Source of the DNA: an uncultured Ignavibacteria bacterium
Lineage (GTDB): Bacteria; Zixibacteria; MSB-5A5; WJJR01; JAJRUJ01
Length of the DNA: 64,000 nucleotides
Reading direction: 5' to 3'
NCBI GenBank assembly: GCA_964461835.1
Contig: CAYWVO010000014.1
Coordinates: 6,977 to 70,976, forward strand
Part shown: positions 9,232 to 19,280 of the stretch, piece by piece
Numbering within the stretch: the first letter of the stretch is position 1
How the letters are laid out: every line of letters begins with the position of its first letter
Program-made: the position numbers and the translations under genes
The notes under the pieces: generated by a model
Told to the model about the DNA's origin: nothing
Databases searched by the model: none
What the model saw: the letters and a program-made list of their open reading frames with translations, nothing else

Positions 9232-11187
9232 TCAATTACGCACCGCTCGCATCTCGGCGATCATCTTATCGGGGCCAACCACTCCAATCAAGATTTTCTC
9301 GACCTCACCTTCTGAATTGAGCAGGAGTGTTGTCGGCAAGGAGTATTGCTTCAATCCGAAGCGTTCCATGAACGCTCGGGTTTCTGGTGAATTGGATTTT
9401 TCCAGTTGGATCTTCAACGGCACAAAATACTCCGCTTCGGCAATAACCGCTGGTCTGCTAAAAGTTCTCTTCTCCAGCACCTTGCAATTCGTACACCAAG
9501 TCGCCCAGGTATCAATTAATACTGGCTTATCTTCTTCACTGGCAAGCGCGAGACCTTCCTCCAAATCCGTATTCCAGGGGATACCGACATCTTGCGCGGT
9601 CATTGTCCCACTACCACCCATTGGCAGCCACTGGGCCGCAGGCGGCAAGATAAGTCCGCGCATGATTATCGTACCCAGAAGCAAATAGAGACCAATCAAC
9701 AGCGCCAGCACACCTACGAATTTTTTTACGCGGCCAAAAAAGCTGGTCTCGGGAGTCAGCCGATCCAAGCCACCGCCAAAAACACCCAGCGCCGTGAGCA
9801 GCAGTCCGGCAAGAACTGCTATGATGGTGGGTGACACGATCGTCCGTATAAAATAGAGCGCCATCAAAAGCAGGACGAAACCGAAGAACTTGTTCACCGA
9901 TTCCATCCACAGGCCCGCATTGGGCAGTTTATTGATCGCTGTCGAAAAGGTACCGATGATCACGAACAACGTCCCCAGCCCCAAAGCGAAAATAAACAGC
10001 ACCAAAAATCCCAGCACCGGTGAACCACTGGTAGCGATATAAAGCAAAATACCGGCGACGAAGGGGCCCACGCAGGGGGAGATCACCAGCGCGGCGACAA
10101 TGCCCAGCACAATCGCGCCGCCGACACCGCCGCCGGACTGCGCTCCACCCAGTTTGTTGCGAATCGCAGCGGGGACCTGCAGCTCATACAGGCCGAACAT
10201 GGACAGGGCAAAGATGACGAAAACCACGGCGATGCCAATGACGACCGGCGGACTGGCCAGCCAAGCACCGAATACTCCGCCGACCAGCGAGACAACAAGC
10301 CCCATCAGTCCGTACACCAGGGCCATCGATCCAACATAAAACAAGGAAAGCGCAAAACCCTTGCCCACGGTGCGATCCTGCCCCGCAAATACGCTGACCG
10401 TGATAGGAATCATCGGATACGTGCAGGGCGAAAAAGAAAGCAGCAGGCCGGTGATAAAGGCCAATCCCAGGGCAATGAAATACCCCCAGAATCCATGCCG
10501 GTCAATCAAACGCTGGAGGTCAGAGGTCGGCGGCGATGTTTCTGTTGCTGATCCGTCGACATCACCGGTTGCCCTTGTCGGTTTCTCGGTTTCCGTTGAG
10601 AACATATGTTGCGCCGTCGCCTCGCCATTGGGGCCCACCGCGACCGCTAATTGCACTGTGTCGGTCTGCGGTGCCCGGCACTCTCGGTCATTGCACGGTT
10701 GGTAGGTGAAATGCAGCCGAACCGTGTACTCTCCATCCGCAGCAGTCTCGGCAATTCGGACGGAAAACGGGATCACGGTTTGCCCCTCGTAGACCGACAT
10801 GATCTCGCCCATCAGGGAAACATCGTGTCCCACAGGGTATTGACGGCCGAAGGGAATCAGGGTCTCGGTGGTGTCAAAGGTCAACTCTGCTGCGATGAGC
10901 CAGTCTTCCTTCGGCTGGGCGGAATTAATGTGCCATCCATCGGCCACGGTAACAACCAATGCGGCGGGATGTGTCTCACCGGGAGACGCTGCTGTCCGGG
11001 AGAAAATGGCGTTGGTTGTAACCAATTCCGCAGCCGGCTCATCGATGACGCCGGGGGGAGGCGCCCCAAGGATCACACCGGAACCTGCCAGGTAACAGAA
11101 CAAACCGATGATAACGGTAATGATTTGGTAACGAACGCTGTTTTCTACATCTCTGCTCTTTCCCACGATTTCCTCCGGCCCGGGCAT
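9232..11187 (-). CDS. dsbD: Thiol:disulfide interchange protein DsbD.
   Basis: 651 aa. N-terminal DsbD-alpha-like periplasmic domain; central CcdA-type TM core with two conserved Cys (SFSPCTYP; ISPCVGP); C-terminal thioredoxin domain WCTNCK. Confidence 0.85.
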   Translation of the reverse strand: MPGPEEIVGKSRDVENSVRYQIITVIIGLFCYLAGSGVILGAPPPGVIDEPAAELVTTNAIFSRTAASPGETHPAALVVTVADGWHINSAQPKEDWLIAAELTFDTTETLIPFGRQYPVGHDVSLMGEIMSVYEGQTVIPFSVRIAETAADGEYTVRLHFTYQPCNDRECRAPQTDTVQLAVAVGPNGEATAQHMFSTETEKPTRATGDVDGSATETSPPTSDLQRLIDRHGFWGYFIALGLAFITGLLLSFSPCTYPMIPITVSVFAGQDRTVGKGFALSLFYVGSMALVYGLMGLVVSLVGGVFGAWLASPPVVIGIAVVFVIFALSMFGLYELQVPAAIRNKLGGAQSGGGVGGAIVLGIVAALVISPCVGPFVAGILLYIATSGSPVLGFLVLFIFALGLGTLFVIIGTFSTAINKLPNAGLWMESVNKFFGFVLLLMALYFIRTIVSPTIIAVLAGLLLTALGVFGGGLDRLTPETSFFGRVKKFVGVLALLIGLYLLLGTIIMRGLILPPAAQWLPMGGSGTMTAQDVGIPWNTDLEEGLALASEEDKPVLIDTWATWCTNCKVLEKRTFSRPAVIAEAEYFVPLKIQLEKSNSPETRAFMERFGLKQYSLPTTLLLNSEGEVEKILIGVVGPDKMIAEMRAVRN

Positions 11188-11273
11188 TCGCCAACCACTT
11201 ATTGGTAGTTGTTTTATACGATTCAGTATTGCGACCGGTTGGTCGACTCCTCAAGATCGGGGCAACGGGCCGG

Positions 11274-12200
11274 TTAGGACTGGTGCGGTGTGAGAGTTTC
11301 CCTGAGACGTTTGTCGACAATTTCTTTGATCATCGCCCGATCGATCTTGCCGACGAGGGCTTCTACCAGGCGACCGGTTAAGGTGGCGACAACCTCATCA
11401 GTAATTTGTTCAATTACTGCTGCGAGCTGCCGGCGCTCACCGGAATCCGTGGTAACGGAGAGCAGTTTTTCGTTGACCACGCCCGAGGTTATTTCGTGCG
11501 GTTTATCGATGATAACGCCGTATTTCCCGGTGCCGAATTCCTCTGAATCGAGATCAAGAGAGGATTCTTCCCCAAGCGAGGCTTCCGGCTCGTCCTGCAT
11601 CCCTTGCGGCATAACATCGAGCCCCCGCAACTCGTCGTCCGGTGGATCGGTCGCACCCACGGAAACCTCATCGACTTTCCACTCTTCCTCATATTTTTTT
11701 CGCGGACGGGATGACTGACTGTCAGCTTCCTGCTCAAAGATACTCAGGGCGTCATTGATGATATCCTCTTCAGGCTCCCAGGACAGGCTTTCGGGCTCGT
11801 TGGTGCGGGCGGCGTACTCCCGCCGCAGCTGTGCGGCTACCTGCTGTTGCTGGTGAAGGATCCCAACCAGCATCTCGGCATTTGGCTGTGGCGGGACCAA
11901 CTCAGAATGCGCGGTTTGGCAGACGCGCTGATAAATTTCCTGGGGAATATCCCGGCCAACCCAGACGATCGGCACACATCGCAATTCGGCATCCTGGCTG
12001 ATCAAATTCAGCCACTCGCCGGCTGACATCGCGGGCTTTTGCAGATCAAACAAAACGACGTCCACCGGCCGGGTCCGGAGTAACCGGGCCAGGGTTGGGC
12101 AATCCAGCGCGGAGAGGGTCGTAAACTGCTCTCGGGGCAGCAGTGATCGATACCGCGCCTGCCGATCCATTGTCCGTGTTGCAACGGCAACGCTAATCAC
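11274..12200 (-). CDS. Hypothetical protein with a degenerate CheY-like receiver domain and an acidic C-terminal half.
   Basis: VDVVLFDLQKP...CVPIVWVG resembles a receiver fold but lacks the N-terminal acidic pair. Long Glu/Asp-rich segment. No output domain recognised. Confidence 0.5.
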   Translation of the reverse strand: MISVAVATRTMDRQARYRSLLPREQFTTLSALDCPTLARLLRTRPVDVVLFDLQKPAMSAGEWLNLISQDAELRCVPIVWVGRDIPQEIYQRVCQTAHSELVPPQPNAEMLVGILHQQQQVAAQLRREYAARTNEPESLSWEPEEDIINDALSIFEQEADSQSSRPRKKYEEEWKVDEVSVGATDPPDDELRGLDVMPQGMQDEPEASLGEESSLDLDSEEFGTGKYGVIIDKPHEITSGVVNEKLLSVTTDSGERRQLAAVIEQITDEVVATLTGRLVEALVGKIDRAMIKEIVDKRLRETLTPHQS

Positions 12201-12249
12201 ACTAGTAGTATCGGCAGGAGAATGAGATAAGTGGAGGAAGAGACGGTGG

Positions 12250-13080
12250 CTATTCGGTCTCGGAGAGTTTGGCGGAGGCTTTGTTCAAGGTCTCTTTTTC
12301 TTTTTCGGTAAGTCCTTCGTAACCAACCTCATTGATGCGATCCAGGACTCGGTCAACTTCGGCCATAAAATCAGCGTTGCGCTCCAATTTACGACGGGCC
12401 CGTTTTTTTTTCCGGCGGAGCCGGCGGTTTCGTAACCAGCCGAAAGGCGACGGGAATTTGAGTTTTCCCTCGTTGCGCAGCATATATAGAAAACCGATCA
12501 GCACCCCGCCCAAGTGTGTGATATGGGCGACATTACCCGCACCAGGCCGCCCGGCCACCGCCAGGAGATCAACGATGATCAAAAAGCCGACAAAGTATTT
12601 CGCCGGAACCGGAAACAGAAAATAGATATAGATCGGATTATTCGGCCAGGTTCGTGCGTAAGCGAACAACACGGCCAGAACGGCCCCCGAGGCGCCGATC
12701 ACCGGGATATTCATATTGAGCGGGATCAGCACCGTGATGACTCCGGCCCCGATACCGGTCACCAGGTAGTATTTCATAAATGCGCGCGTCCCCCAGGACA
12801 GCTCCAGGTTGCGGCCGAACATCCACAGGGCGAACAGGTTAAAAAGGATGTGGAAAAAGCCGCCGTGCAGCCACATATAAGTGCCAAGCTGCCAGATAAA
12901 ACCACGAGTCCAGACATCCGAGGCGCGCAAGCCGAAGGCATTGATCAAACCCGGGCCCGAGATCATCTGCAACAGGAAGACCAACGCATTGACAATGAGG
13001 ATGACCTTAATGCCCGGTGGCAGAAGCCCGCCGCCGAAACCCGGCTGCATGTAACTTGTGGATCGAAATCGATATCGCAT
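12250..13080 (-). CDS. Rhomboid-family intramembrane serine protease.
   Basis: GASGAV catalytic Ser motif and AHITHLGG catalytic His in the last TM; 6 TM. ~60-aa basic/coiled cytoplasmic C-terminal extension. Start may instead be the internal Met at 13050. Confidence 0.8.
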   Translation of the reverse strand: MRYRFRSTSYMQPGFGGGLLPPGIKVILIVNALVFLLQMISGPGLINAFGLRASDVWTRGFIWQLGTYMWLHGGFFHILFNLFALWMFGRNLELSWGTRAFMKYYLVTGIGAGVITVLIPLNMNIPVIGASGAVLAVLFAYARTWPNNPIYIYFLFPVPAKYFVGFLIIVDLLAVAGRPGAGNVAHITHLGGVLIGFLYMLRNEGKLKFPSPFGWLRNRRLRRKKKRARRKLERNADFMAEVDRVLDRINEVGYEGLTEKEKETLNKASAKLSETE

Positions 13081-13308
13081 TTACGGCCAGCCTGTCGCCA
13101 CAAACAGCTTTCTCAGCCATATAAGGTACGCACAAAACGGCGTATTCGTTCCCCTAAGATTAGTATCGACCGTTCAACCGTGGGAGAAAGGTCGAAAAAC
13201 AAATCATCGGTACCCTGCGATCAGTACGATGGTGAACACCAGATAGATACCCGGGGCATCGAGACACTGACGGAAGGATGTTCGTACGCAACCAGGAGGC
13301 CGGCGACG

Positions 13309-13635
13309 CTATACCAGGATCGTGTCTACTTTTTCGACGATCTGCTGTTTGGGTACGGCGCCGATAAGCTGGTCGACCTTCTCACCATCTTTGAAAAACA
13401 GCAGACTCGGAATGGACATAATCTTATAGTTGGAGGCTGTCTGATTATTCTTGTCGACATCCATGCGGGCAACTTTCAATTTCCCATCGTATTCCTTGGC
13501 CAGCTCTTCCACAATTGGGTGGATCATCCGGCAGGGGCCACACCACACGGCCCAAAAATCGACGAGAACCGGTATATCAGACTTCAGAACTTCCGCTTCA
13601 AAATTCCCATCAGTGACTTCGATTGCCTCGGCCAT
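13309..13635 (-). CDS. trxA: Thioredoxin.
   Basis: 108 aa; WCGPC active site; strong RBS AAGGGAGG upstream. Confidence 0.92.
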   Translation of the reverse strand: MAEAIEVTDGNFEAEVLKSDIPVLVDFWAVWCGPCRMIHPIVEELAKEYDGKLKVARMDVDKNNQTASNYKIMSIPSLLFFKDGEKVDQLIGAVPKQQIVEKVDTILV

Positions 13636-13786
13636 AGCCGCCTCCCTTATTCTCTACAGTCATTCTCTAATACGTCCGAGAGGTTCATCTGTCAACCAAT
13701 TCCAACGATACCCCTGGTCTCTTCACCGAGTCCCAAAATATACGCAAGGCTCCGCCGAGACGATAAAGACTTTTTGACAGGGATCT

Positions 13787-15088
13787 TTACGACGCAGGTA
13801 CCGGAGTGAATCCAAGCGGTGCGGGATCAATTGCTGTTGGCGGCAAGACTCGTCCCACCAAAAAATGTGATCCGAACACTAGAATTAAGTCCTCGGGATC
13901 AGCGGCCGCACGAGCCTCACGGTACATGCGCTGCGGGTCTCGACTGGCGGCAAAGCGCAAACTCTGCTGCCGAGCAAATGATCGTACCTCGCCCAGACCC
14001 CAGGCACGACGATTGGGAAACCGCGTAAAATACCAGGAATCCACCAGCGGCGACAAGGTGCGAATCATAGTCGGCCAGCGCTTGTCCTTGGCGATGGCGC
14101 ACACCGCCAACACCCGACGTCCATTCACAACCCGTGACAGCGAATCCGCCAAGCCACGGGCGGCGGCCGCGTTATGCGCGACATCGAAAATAGTCAGCGG
14201 TTTCTCAGGCAACACCTGGAATCGTCCCGGCCACACCGTTACCCGCAAACCGTCCCGAATCGCTTTTTTTGTAAGCGAAACGCCACACGCGGGCAAATAA
14301 GACAGCGCAGCCAGAATGCCCGTCAAATTATCACGGTAAATGTCTCCCGGATAGCGCCAGGATATTCGCGATGGTAAGGTGCCGTTGGCTGATATGTCAT
14401 ACGCACCCGGCGCGAGACGGTCGCGCAAATCAAGGCACTGGGTAGCATCCACGAAAGGAGCAGAGCGTTGACAGGCAATCTTGGCGATGGCCTGGCGGGC
14501 CGATTCGGTCATCGGGCCACATACCACCGGAACACCCGGCTTAATGATGCCGGCCTTTTCGCCGGCGATCCGGACGCGCGTTCGACCGAGAGTCTTGGTA
14601 TGGTCGAGATCAATTGAGGTAATGACCGAAAGGATCGGCGTGACAATATTAGTCGCGTCTAAACGTCCACCCAGACCAACTTCCAAGACCGCAAGATCAC
14701 ATCCGGAGCGGGCAAACCAGTCAAATGCCATGGCGGTGGTAGTTTCGAAAAAAGTAATCCGGCGTTCGCGGATGAACGAACGGTGCTTTTTGATAAATGA
14801 ACTCACAAACCGGCGGGGAATCCGTTGCCCGTCCACGCGAATCCGCTCGCGATAATCCATTAAATGCGGTGAGGTAAATAAACCTGTTTTGTAACCCGCG
14901 GTACTCAATACGGCGGCCAGGCTGGAACACACCGTGCCTTTCCCATTCGTACCCGCCACGTGAATGATTTCAAGCTGATTCTGTGGGTTGCCGAGGCGGT
15001 CGGCAAAGGCCGTAATATTGTGCAATCCCAGTTTAACACCAAAACTCTCCAAGCCGAAGAGTATGTCGATTGCCTCGGAGTATCGCAT
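13787..15088 (-). CDS. folC: Bifunctional folylpolyglutamate synthase/dihydrofolate synthase.
   Basis: HVAGTNGKGT P-loop; Mur-ligase family architecture; 433 aa. Confidence 0.88.
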   Translation of the reverse strand: MRYSEAIDILFGLESFGVKLGLHNITAFADRLGNPQNQLEIIHVAGTNGKGTVCSSLAAVLSTAGYKTGLFTSPHLMDYRERIRVDGQRIPRRFVSSFIKKHRSFIRERRITFFETTTAMAFDWFARSGCDLAVLEVGLGGRLDATNIVTPILSVITSIDLDHTKTLGRTRVRIAGEKAGIIKPGVPVVCGPMTESARQAIAKIACQRSAPFVDATQCLDLRDRLAPGAYDISANGTLPSRISWRYPGDIYRDNLTGILAALSYLPACGVSLTKKAIRDGLRVTVWPGRFQVLPEKPLTIFDVAHNAAAARGLADSLSRVVNGRRVLAVCAIAKDKRWPTMIRTLSPLVDSWYFTRFPNRRAWGLGEVRSFARQQSLRFAASRDPQRMYREARAAADPEDLILVFGSHFLVGRVLPPTAIDPAPLGFTPVPAS

Positions 15089-15121
15089 CGGAGCCTCTGC
15101 TACCAGGGATGGCGGGAAAAA

Positions 15122-16015
15122 CTATTCGCTGGAGTCCTCTCGTAGTTCTTTCAGCGAGTCTTGGACGCCCGAGGCCGGGCCGCACAGGTACTTCAGCAGT
15201 TGTGCGATTGTTTCGCGAAGGTTTGATCGGGGGATAATGCAGTCCAGAAAACCATGGTTCTGGAAGAACTCTGATGATTGAAAACCTTCCGGCAGCTTCT
15301 GGCCGATTGTCTGCTGAATAACCCGTGGTCCCGCGAAACCCAACTGGGCTTTCGGCTCGGCAATGATGACGTCGCCCAGGCTCGCATACGAGGCCATCAC
15401 GCCGGCCGTGGTTGGATTGGTCAACACGGAAATGAACGGGATTCGCTCCTCCCGCAGTTGGCCGAGTAACGTGCCGGTCTTGGCCATCTGCATCAGGGAG
15501 AAAATCCCCTCCTGCATGCGGGCGCCGCCGGAACAACTGACGATCACCAGTGGAATCCGTCGCTCCAGTGCGCGCTCAATCGACCGGGCGACCTTCTCGC
15601 CGACGACTGATCCCATACTCCCGCCAATGAAGGCAAAATCCATGACGCTGAAGCTGACCGGCCGCCCGTCGATACGGCCTATGCCACAGACGACGGCATC
15701 TCGCATCCCGGATTTCTTCTGTGATTGAGCGATGCGCTCAGGATACGCTATACGATCACTGAATGTCAGGGGATCGGTGCTGCTCAGATCAGCGTCGAAC
15801 TCTTCCAGCCGGGCGTCATCGAGGAGCATTTCGATGTACTGGTGATGGCGAATCCGGAAATGGTATCCGCACGACGGGCAGACCCATAATTCACGCTCCA
15901 GTTCCTTGCCGAAGAGAATCTCCCCACAGTCTTTGCACTTCGTCCAGATCCCATCGGGGATTTCTTTTCTCTCCTGGCGCGAGATGCCCGATTTTGGTTT
16001 ACGGAACCATTCCAT
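15122..16015 (-). CDS. accD: Acetyl-CoA carboxylase carboxyltransferase beta subunit.
   Basis: N-terminal Zn ribbon CKDCGE...CPSCGYH followed by the carboxyltransferase domain; 297 aa. Confidence 0.9.
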   Translation of the reverse strand: MEWFRKPKSGISRQERKEIPDGIWTKCKDCGEILFGKELERELWVCPSCGYHFRIRHHQYIEMLLDDARLEEFDADLSSTDPLTFSDRIAYPERIAQSQKKSGMRDAVVCGIGRIDGRPVSFSVMDFAFIGGSMGSVVGEKVARSIERALERRIPLVIVSCSGGARMQEGIFSLMQMAKTGTLLGQLREERIPFISVLTNPTTAGVMASYASLGDVIIAEPKAQLGFAGPRVIQQTIGQKLPEGFQSSEFFQNHGFLDCIIPRSNLRETIAQLLKYLCGPASGVQDSLKELREDSSE

Positions 16016-16107
16016 AGATATTCTCTCACCTTTCGCCGTCGTACAGCGTGTCCAACATAGTCAGTTTTATGCGTTACAGCCAGCCAAAAGATGACATACG
16101 GGATGGA

Positions 16108-16575
16108 TTAGCCAGAGGCGAATTCCTTGAACATAATGACCGCATCTTCCACGGGTGAATCGTAGTACTGCGGTTGCACACCGATTTTTCGGTATCCGTG
16201 TGAAAGATAGAAGTCGATGGCAGATTGATTGGATGGCCGCACCTCCAAAATCGCACACAATTTGTGCTGTTGTCGGGCAAGGGATTCGGCATGATCCAGC
16301 AGTTGATGCCCGATCCCTTTTTTTCGGTAATCACGCGCGACAGCAATATTGTGGATATGTAACTCGTCACTCAACGCACCGGCACACAAGTATCCAACCA
16401 CCGTATCCCCAACCAGCGCAGCGAGATTGATGGTCCAGTCTTCCCGCAGCCAGTCCGCGAACACCGAGCGCGGCCAGGCATCGGTGAACGTCGCCGACTC
16501 AATACGATCAACCGCAGCGAGATCAGCAGCCGTTAAATCGCGGATTGTGCAATGCGTCAATTCGGCTTGTTCCAT
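16108..16575 (-). CDS. rimI: Ribosomal-protein-alanine N-acetyltransferase (GNAT).
   Basis: GNAT motifs (RKKGIGHQLL). Start at the internal Met 16575, overlapping the tsaB 3' end as is typical; the ORF is open to 16623. Confidence 0.75.
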   Translation of the reverse strand: MEQAELTHCTIRDLTAADLAAVDRIESATFTDAWPRSVFADWLREDWTINLAALVGDTVVGYLCAGALSDELHIHNIAVARDYRKKGIGHQLLDHAESLARQQHKLCAILEVRPSNQSAIDFYLSHGYRKIGVQPQYYDSPVEDAVIMFKEFASG

Positions 16576-17225
16576 TTGCGAAAACCCGGGGTTGGTCCGT
16601 AGTCCAACTGCCATTGACGCCAATTGATACTACCACCGGCGGCGATTTTCTTTGCGGCCAGTTCAACCAATGCTTTCCCCGCCTGTTCTCCACTTCCCGG
16701 GACAATTACGGTATTCTGCCTGAACTTATGGAGGACCTCCTGCGTTTTCCGATCATCGGAGACCGCAATAGTTTTCGGCACGTTTTCCAGTCGGGCGATC
16801 TCTTCGACCGACAAGACTGTTACGGGATGGAATTTATCCTGTCTGGCCGCGACTTCGCTCCAGTAGAACAAATCACCGCGACAGTGAATCAGGCAGCCCA
16901 GCGATTCAGACGACGACCCGTGGATTGCCCGCCATAATTCCAGCGTGGAGACCGGTGCAGTCGGTGTATCTGCGGCCGCCGCGAGACCCATGATGGTCGA
17001 AGCGCCGACTCGCAATCCGGTAAATGATCCCGGCCCGGAGACAACGGCAAAGCCGGTGATCTCCTCAAGTGAACTTCCTTGCTCTGCGAGAAAATCGATT
17101 ATAGCCTGTGGCAGCAGTTCGGCGTGTCGGCGGTGTGCATCGATAGTCTTTGCCACGGATACGTCATTGCGCAGTAATCCAAGATGTAAATTATCGCCGG
17201 CAGTATCCAACCCAAGGATAGTCAT
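16557..17225 (-). CDS. tsaB: tRNA t6A37 biosynthesis protein TsaB (YeaZ).
   Basis: MTILGLDTAGDNLHLGLL N-terminus; 222 aa. Confidence 0.85.
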   Translation of the reverse strand: MTILGLDTAGDNLHLGLLRNDVSVAKTIDAHRRHAELLPQAIIDFLAEQGSSLEEITGFAVVSGPGSFTGLRVGASTIMGLAAAADTPTAPVSTLELWRAIHGSSSESLGCLIHCRGDLFYWSEVAARQDKFHPVTVLSVEEIARLENVPKTIAVSDDRKTQEVLHKFRQNTVIVPGSGEQAGKALVELAAKKIAAGGSINWRQWQLDYGPTPGFRKWNKPN

Positions 17226-17677
17226 GCTGAATTTCCCGTTTTCGTCGGTTCCGCCGGTCGCTTCACGACAATTCGCCGTTGGGTTTCATTGAGCCGTTCA
17301 AAAACAATCAACCAGGTCAACGGTAACTGAGCATCCGGGAGATTTTCCACCCATTCAATGACCACGATTGCCTGGTCACGGGCAATATCTTCAAGCCCTA
17401 AATCCGCGAGCTCCTGCTCATGCCGCACCCGGTAGAGATCGACATGACACAGGGTGGATTCGCCCCGATAGATGTTCACGAGTGTAAAGGATGGCGAAAC
17501 AACCGAATCGGGTATGGCGAGTCCTACGGCCAGTCCCTGCACCCACGTCGTTTTGCCTGCGCCTAACGGCCCGGAGAGACCAATCCAGTCGCCCGGACGT
17601 ACCCGGACGGCAAACGTGCGGGCATGGCGCTGCATCTCGTCGGGCGAGGAGAATGTTGCCTGTTCGACTGCGATCAT
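17222..17677 (-). CDS. tsaE: tRNA t6A37 biosynthesis ATPase TsaE (YjeE).
   Basis: GPLGAGKTT Walker A; 151 aa; ATGA overlap with tsaB. Confidence 0.85.
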   Translation of the reverse strand: MIAVEQATFSSPDEMQRHARTFAVRVRPGDWIGLSGPLGAGKTTWVQGLAVGLAIPDSVVSPSFTLVNIYRGESTLCHVDLYRVRHEQELADLGLEDIARDQAIVVIEWVENLPDAQLPLTWLIVFERLNETQRRIVVKRPAEPTKTGNSA

Positions 17678-19236
17678 TTCGGGGTCAGGGTGGCCACCGG
17701 CAGGATCACCTCCGGCAGGCTGATGCCACCATGCTGGAATGTTCCCGCGAATCGCCTCTGATATTCATTGAATTGCGTCGGGTACACAAAGAAGAAATCG
17801 TCCTTGGCGATTAGGTAGGTGGTATTCATTGTAAAGGACGGCAACTTGTAGGCGCCGGGGTCGCGAATTGCCATCGACTCTTTCGGTTCGCCGTTGAGAT
17901 TGTCGCCATATTTGTAGCGCAGGTTGGTCGACGTATCCTTCTTTGCGCGGGCGATGGTGCCACGCTGCCCGAGAATACTGCCATGATCGGACGTGACCAC
18001 CACGACACAATCCTGCCGTGAGAGGAATTGCAGCACTTTGAACCAGGAGGAATTGGTAAACCAGGTTTTCATCAAATCCCGAAAGGCGCCCTGATCCGGC
18101 GCCAGTTCCCGCAGCAATTCGGATTCCGAACGACCGTGCACCAGGTTGTCGATGAAATTGTAAACCACGGAAAGCAACTGGGTGCTGGCGTAGGTGCCGA
18201 TCTGTTTGGCGAGCCGGTCGCCCTCGTCCTGGTCGAGTACTTTCACATATTTTGCCTCTGGTTTTAACCGAATTCCCAGACGAGCTAGCTGATCATCCAA
18301 TAGTTGCCGTTCGAGGCGATTGCGAGAAAACTCGTCCTTCGAGCCAATCTGCCATAGTTCGGGATGCAGCCTTTGCACGTCGGCGGGGAACAGTCCGGAA
18401 AAAATGGCATTGCGCGAAAACGGGGTAGCCGACGGCAGAATTGAGTAATAGTGATCTCGTTTGATGTTAAAAAGTTGCGCGACTTCCGGTTCGATATGCA
18501 GCCATTGATCCAGACTCATGCAGTCAATCACAAACAGGTACAGCTGCTTCCCCGCTTTTAGATGCGGAGCCACCCAGCGCTGCACCACATCGGTGGACAG
18601 GGGCGGCCGATCATCGCCGTCGTTGACCCAATCATAGTAATTGTTTTCCACGAACTTCGCGAACTCCGCCGACCACTGCCGTTGATGCTCGCGACGGATT
18701 TCATCCAGCCCTAGTTCGCGAAATCTATCGATATCCAAATCCCACGAAGAAAGTTTCAGGTGTGCATCGATCCAGTCCGCCCAGCCCATCGGACCGTACA
18801 GGCGGGCTTGCAGCGAGGCCAAATCCTGCGCGTATTGCCGCGAGAGATGTTCCGTGCGAATTTTGCCGGATTCCAAGTGCCGTTTGACAACCGAGAGGAT
18901 TTGTGATGGATTCACCGGTTTGGTGAGATAATCATCAATCTTTTTGCCGATCGCCTGTTCCATCAAATCTTCTTCTTCGGACTTGGTCACCATCACCACC
19001 GGCAAATTCGGTGACAGATGTTTGATTTCCTCCAGCGTGGAAAGCCCGTCCCGACCGGTCATCATTTCGTCCAGCAGGATAAGATCGTAGCGGTTCACGC
19101 CGATAAGTTCGAGTGCCTCATCGCCACTGGTCGCTCCATCAACCTGGTATCCGCGCTCCCGGAGGAAGACCAGATGTGATTCAAGGTGGTCTATCTCGTC
19201 GTCAACCCATAAGATTGACTTTGCTTGAGGCACCAT
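17674..19236 (-). CDS. porX: PorX-like response regulator: CheY receiver plus PglZ (alkaline-phosphatase-like) domain.
   Basis: N-terminal receiver (ILWVDDE...DLILLDEMM...TKP). Remaining ~390 aa match the PglZ-domain architecture and the ~520-aa size of T9SS regulator PorX. 4-bp overlap with tsaE. Confidence 0.75.
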   Translation of the reverse strand: MVPQAKSILWVDDEIDHLESHLVFLRERGYQVDGATSGDEALELIGVNRYDLILLDEMMTGRDGLSTLEEIKHLSPNLPVVMVTKSEEEDLMEQAIGKKIDDYLTKPVNPSQILSVVKRHLESGKIRTEHLSRQYAQDLASLQARLYGPMGWADWIDAHLKLSSWDLDIDRFRELGLDEIRREHQRQWSAEFAKFVENNYYDWVNDGDDRPPLSTDVVQRWVAPHLKAGKQLYLFVIDCMSLDQWLHIEPEVAQLFNIKRDHYYSILPSATPFSRNAIFSGLFPADVQRLHPELWQIGSKDEFSRNRLERQLLDDQLARLGIRLKPEAKYVKVLDQDEGDRLAKQIGTYASTQLLSVVYNFIDNLVHGRSESELLRELAPDQGAFRDLMKTWFTNSSWFKVLQFLSRQDCVVVVTSDHGSILGQRGTIARAKKDTSTNLRYKYGDNLNGEPKESMAIRDPGAYKLPSFTMNTTYLIAKDDFFFVYPTQFNEYQRRFAGTFQHGGISLPEVILPVATLTPK

Positions 19237-19280
19237 GGTTTTCCACCCCCAATGTGTGATCAGTGTGCATCTGCACCGGG

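Noticed and set aside
12514-13809. 431-aa plus-strand ORF.
   Set aside because: It lies antisense to the rhomboid and trxA genes. Its composition is low-complexity (R/H/Q/D-rich), as expected for a spurious frame in high-GC DNA, and it has no motifs.
15033-15536. 167-aa minus-strand ORF overlapping the accD 3' region in another frame.
   Set aside because: Arg/Gly/Pro-rich shadow frame; accD is unambiguous.
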